From the NCBI GenBank assembly GCA_029258885.1, contig JAPDJW010000002.1, positions 288,001-352,000 of the forward strand: 64,000 nucleotides of DNA, written 5' to 3'. Position 1 is the stretch's first letter, and every line of letters begins with the position of its first letter. The notes beneath the pieces were generated by a model, which was given only the letters and a program-made list of their open reading frames with translations, had not been told where the DNA came from and did not search any database. Below, piece by piece: positions 62,231 to 64,000 of this stretch. A program made the translations under genes and the position numbers. The stretch is from Thermoproteota archaeon (GTDB lineage: Archaea > Thermoproteota > Thermoprotei > Thermofilales > B9-G17).

Positions 62231-63242
62231 TTTTCTTTATACCCAGCTTTCTTTTCACAAGTTCTATCATATCTTCCTTAACGCCAAGGTATATATCCAG
62301 AGTATGGCTTGCAACGGAGACGTATCTCCTATGGACGTAGACCGCTGGTCTAAAGTGAAGCTCTATCTCTCCAAAGGATAGCTCGGGATTGGAGTTGTAC
62401 GACTGTACAGCGCCTCGAGGACCTTTGGGATCGTATTTAGCTACATCAAGGCATTCGCTTTGACTCCTAGGTAGATCATGGCTTGACGAAACTATTAGAC
62501 AATATCTTCCATCATGTTGCCTAAATAGATAGCTGATTAATTCCATCCTTAAGTCCTCAGGCCTTACGCCAAGCTTAAATACGCTACGTCCATCAATTAG
62601 AAACTCCACGTGGTCATCCGCTACTACAAGCCTATCCTCCGGAATAGGTCCAAAGTAATGGACAGGCTTTGAATCAGTAACTGTTGGGACGATTACCACG
62701 CCGTATCCATCCTCACCAGGATAAACTTGAGTTAAGGTCCATAGGTTAACGGTGGAGGATGATCTAACGTTAATAGCTTCCATGACCTCTATCCTACAGT
62801 AACTGATTCCATTAACTATTCCATCCTCTAGGAGCCTTATCTGCCGTATAAGCCCCCCAGTAACGAACTTCTCAGCAATCCAATCATAGACTTTCACAAG
62901 TGTTTCGAGTACGGCCAACCTATCCGTAGCCTCCCTGAACCTATAGTATGCTGGATCAAGCCCTCTCGGACAATACCATCCCTCAAACTCCTCGGGCTTC
63001 TTGTAGAAGAACCTGCGTTCAGGGGATATCCATATCCTATTACCGCCGATATTCCATTCTCTACGCCTAATTAAGTACCCTAAGCTCCTATTAGTCCAAA
63101 AAACGTTAGGCGAATCGCCGATAAACACGCCTAGAATTCTGGCTCCATGCTCCGTAACAACAATCCTGGATATATCTCCCTTCAGTATTTTGTATACAGT
63201 CCTACCGGATAATTCTCCAATTAGCTCTCTAATCAAATACAT
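62214..63242 (-). CDS. Hypothetical protein (DUF6786/aldose-epimerase-like beta sandwich)
   Basis: WNIGGNRIWISPE, F.ELE.H-like SFGEIELH. Confidence 0.6.
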   Translation of the reverse strand: MYLIRELIGELSGRTVYKILKGDISRIVVTEHGARILGVFIGDSPNVFWTNRSLGYLIRRREWNIGGNRIWISPERRFFYKKPEEFEGWYCPRGLDPAYYRFREATDRLAVLETLVKVYDWIAEKFVTGGLIRQIRLLEDGIVNGISYCRIEVMEAINVRSSSTVNLWTLTQVYPGEDGYGVVIVPTVTDSKPVHYFGPIPEDRLVVADDHVEFLIDGRSVFKLGVRPEDLRMELISYLFRQHDGRYCLIVSSSHDLPRSQSECLDVAKYDPKGPRGAVQSYNSNPELSFGEIELHFRPAVYVHRRYVSVASHTLDIYLGVKEDMIELVKRKLGIKKITLLS

Positions 63243-63243
63243 G

Positions 63244-64000
63244 CTACCACGGCCTAGAATCTAAATTAAGCTTATCGAGCTGGCTTAAAACGTACTCCCT
63301 CTCCTCCCTTGGATCCGGAAACTCCATTACTACTTTGCCATCTAGTATCAATGGTTTAAGCATGTTATCCATTTCTCCGCCACACTTTGGACACTTAGGA
63401 GCCTCCTCACCCGTAAGCCTAACGATATCTATTAGGCACTTCGGACACCTATAGACCTTCTTCACTCCCGAAAGCTTACCCCTCTTAGCAGCTGGAATCC
63501 ATCTTCCATCCTTCTTAACGGCAACTATATCCATAGCTATATCGATAATCCTAGCGTTAGCTATAGCCGAGCCTACTCCAAAACCGTCCGCTCCAGCCGC
63601 CTTAAGCCTAGGTATAGAGTACTCGTTAATTCCACCCGAGACAAAAACTTTCACATTGCTGTATCCCCTAACCTTAAGCTCCCACTTAACCTCCCTAATA
63701 ATATCCTCAAAACTACCTCTCCTAGAAGAGGGCGTATCCAGCCTAACACCCCACAGTTTGCTGGCTCCTACCGCCTGAACTGCACGTAACGTCTCTCTAA
63801 CTTCATCACTATAGGTGTCCACGAGCATTATCCTTGGCACATCCGGAGGCATAACTCTATCATAGGCCTTCCACGCCTCCTCCTGACTCCCCCTCACTAT
63901 AGTATATATTATTATGAGGCTGTGGGGCATAGTTCCGGTAGGCTTAATACCTAGGAACTTCTCAGCTCCCAGAACGCAGGAAACTCCGTCACAACCGCCT
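63244..64000 (-). CDS. pncB: Nicotinate phosphoribosyltransferase (5' end outside the window)
   Basis: TGTMPHSLII, LVDTY, VRLDTPSSRRG, VSGGI, DGFGVG, KLSG.K, C-terminal CxxC...CxxC. Confidence 0.9.
   Translation of the reverse strand, partial: GGCDGVSCVLGAEKFLGIKPTGTMPHSLIIIYTIVRGSQEEAWKAYDRVMPPDVPRIMLVDTYSDEVRETLRAVQAVGASKLWGVRLDTPSSRRGSFEDIIREVKWELKVRGYSNVKVFVSGGINEYSIPRLKAAGADGFGVGSAIANARIIDIAMDIVAVKKDGRWIPAAKRGKLSGVKKVYRCPKCLIDIVRLTGEEAPKCPKCGGEMDNMLKPLILDGKVVMEFPDPREEREYVLSQLDKLNLDSRPW

Noticed and set aside
1-64000. tRNA, rRNA, IS elements or integrase
   Set aside because: No T-loop (GTTCRAATC) cloverleaf, rRNA-like GC-rich tract, transposase or terminal inverted repeat was recognised.

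Overview
Archaeal genomic window, most likely a thermophilic Thermoproteota-type organism (inferred from type I-A Cas genes, ATTGAAAG-ending repeats, C/D-box sRNA-like elements and archaeal ATPase). Its centre is a complete type I-A CRISPR-Cas locus (csa3; csa5-cas7-cas5-cas8a2-cas3'-cas3''; csa1-cas1-cas2-cas4; cas6 set apart). Two inverted arrays flank the locus and are transcribed outward: about 109 repeats at 18028-25227 (minus) and about 64 at 35535-39660 (plus), counted by hand. The arrays use repeats that differ at one base, and their oldest ends carry each other's variant. This suggests that ~21 kb, including the cas operon, was inverted by repeat-repeat recombination. One 42-bp spacer occurs in both arrays with identical ends and two differences that are synonymous in one open frame. 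The flanks hold catabolic and surface genes (PQQ-propeller protein, S9 peptidase, GHL10, GH42-like, sulfatase-like), three tandem paralogous membrane proteins of unrecognised family, HEPN-MNT and VapBC toxin-antitoxin genes, a MacB/LolD ABC unit and three frameshifted genes. There are also four candidate C/D-box sRNAs, a Dph6 plus glutamine amidotransferase pair, and a partial pncB. No tRNA, rRNA or transposase was recognised. All family calls come from motif recognition by eye; no database searches were run.
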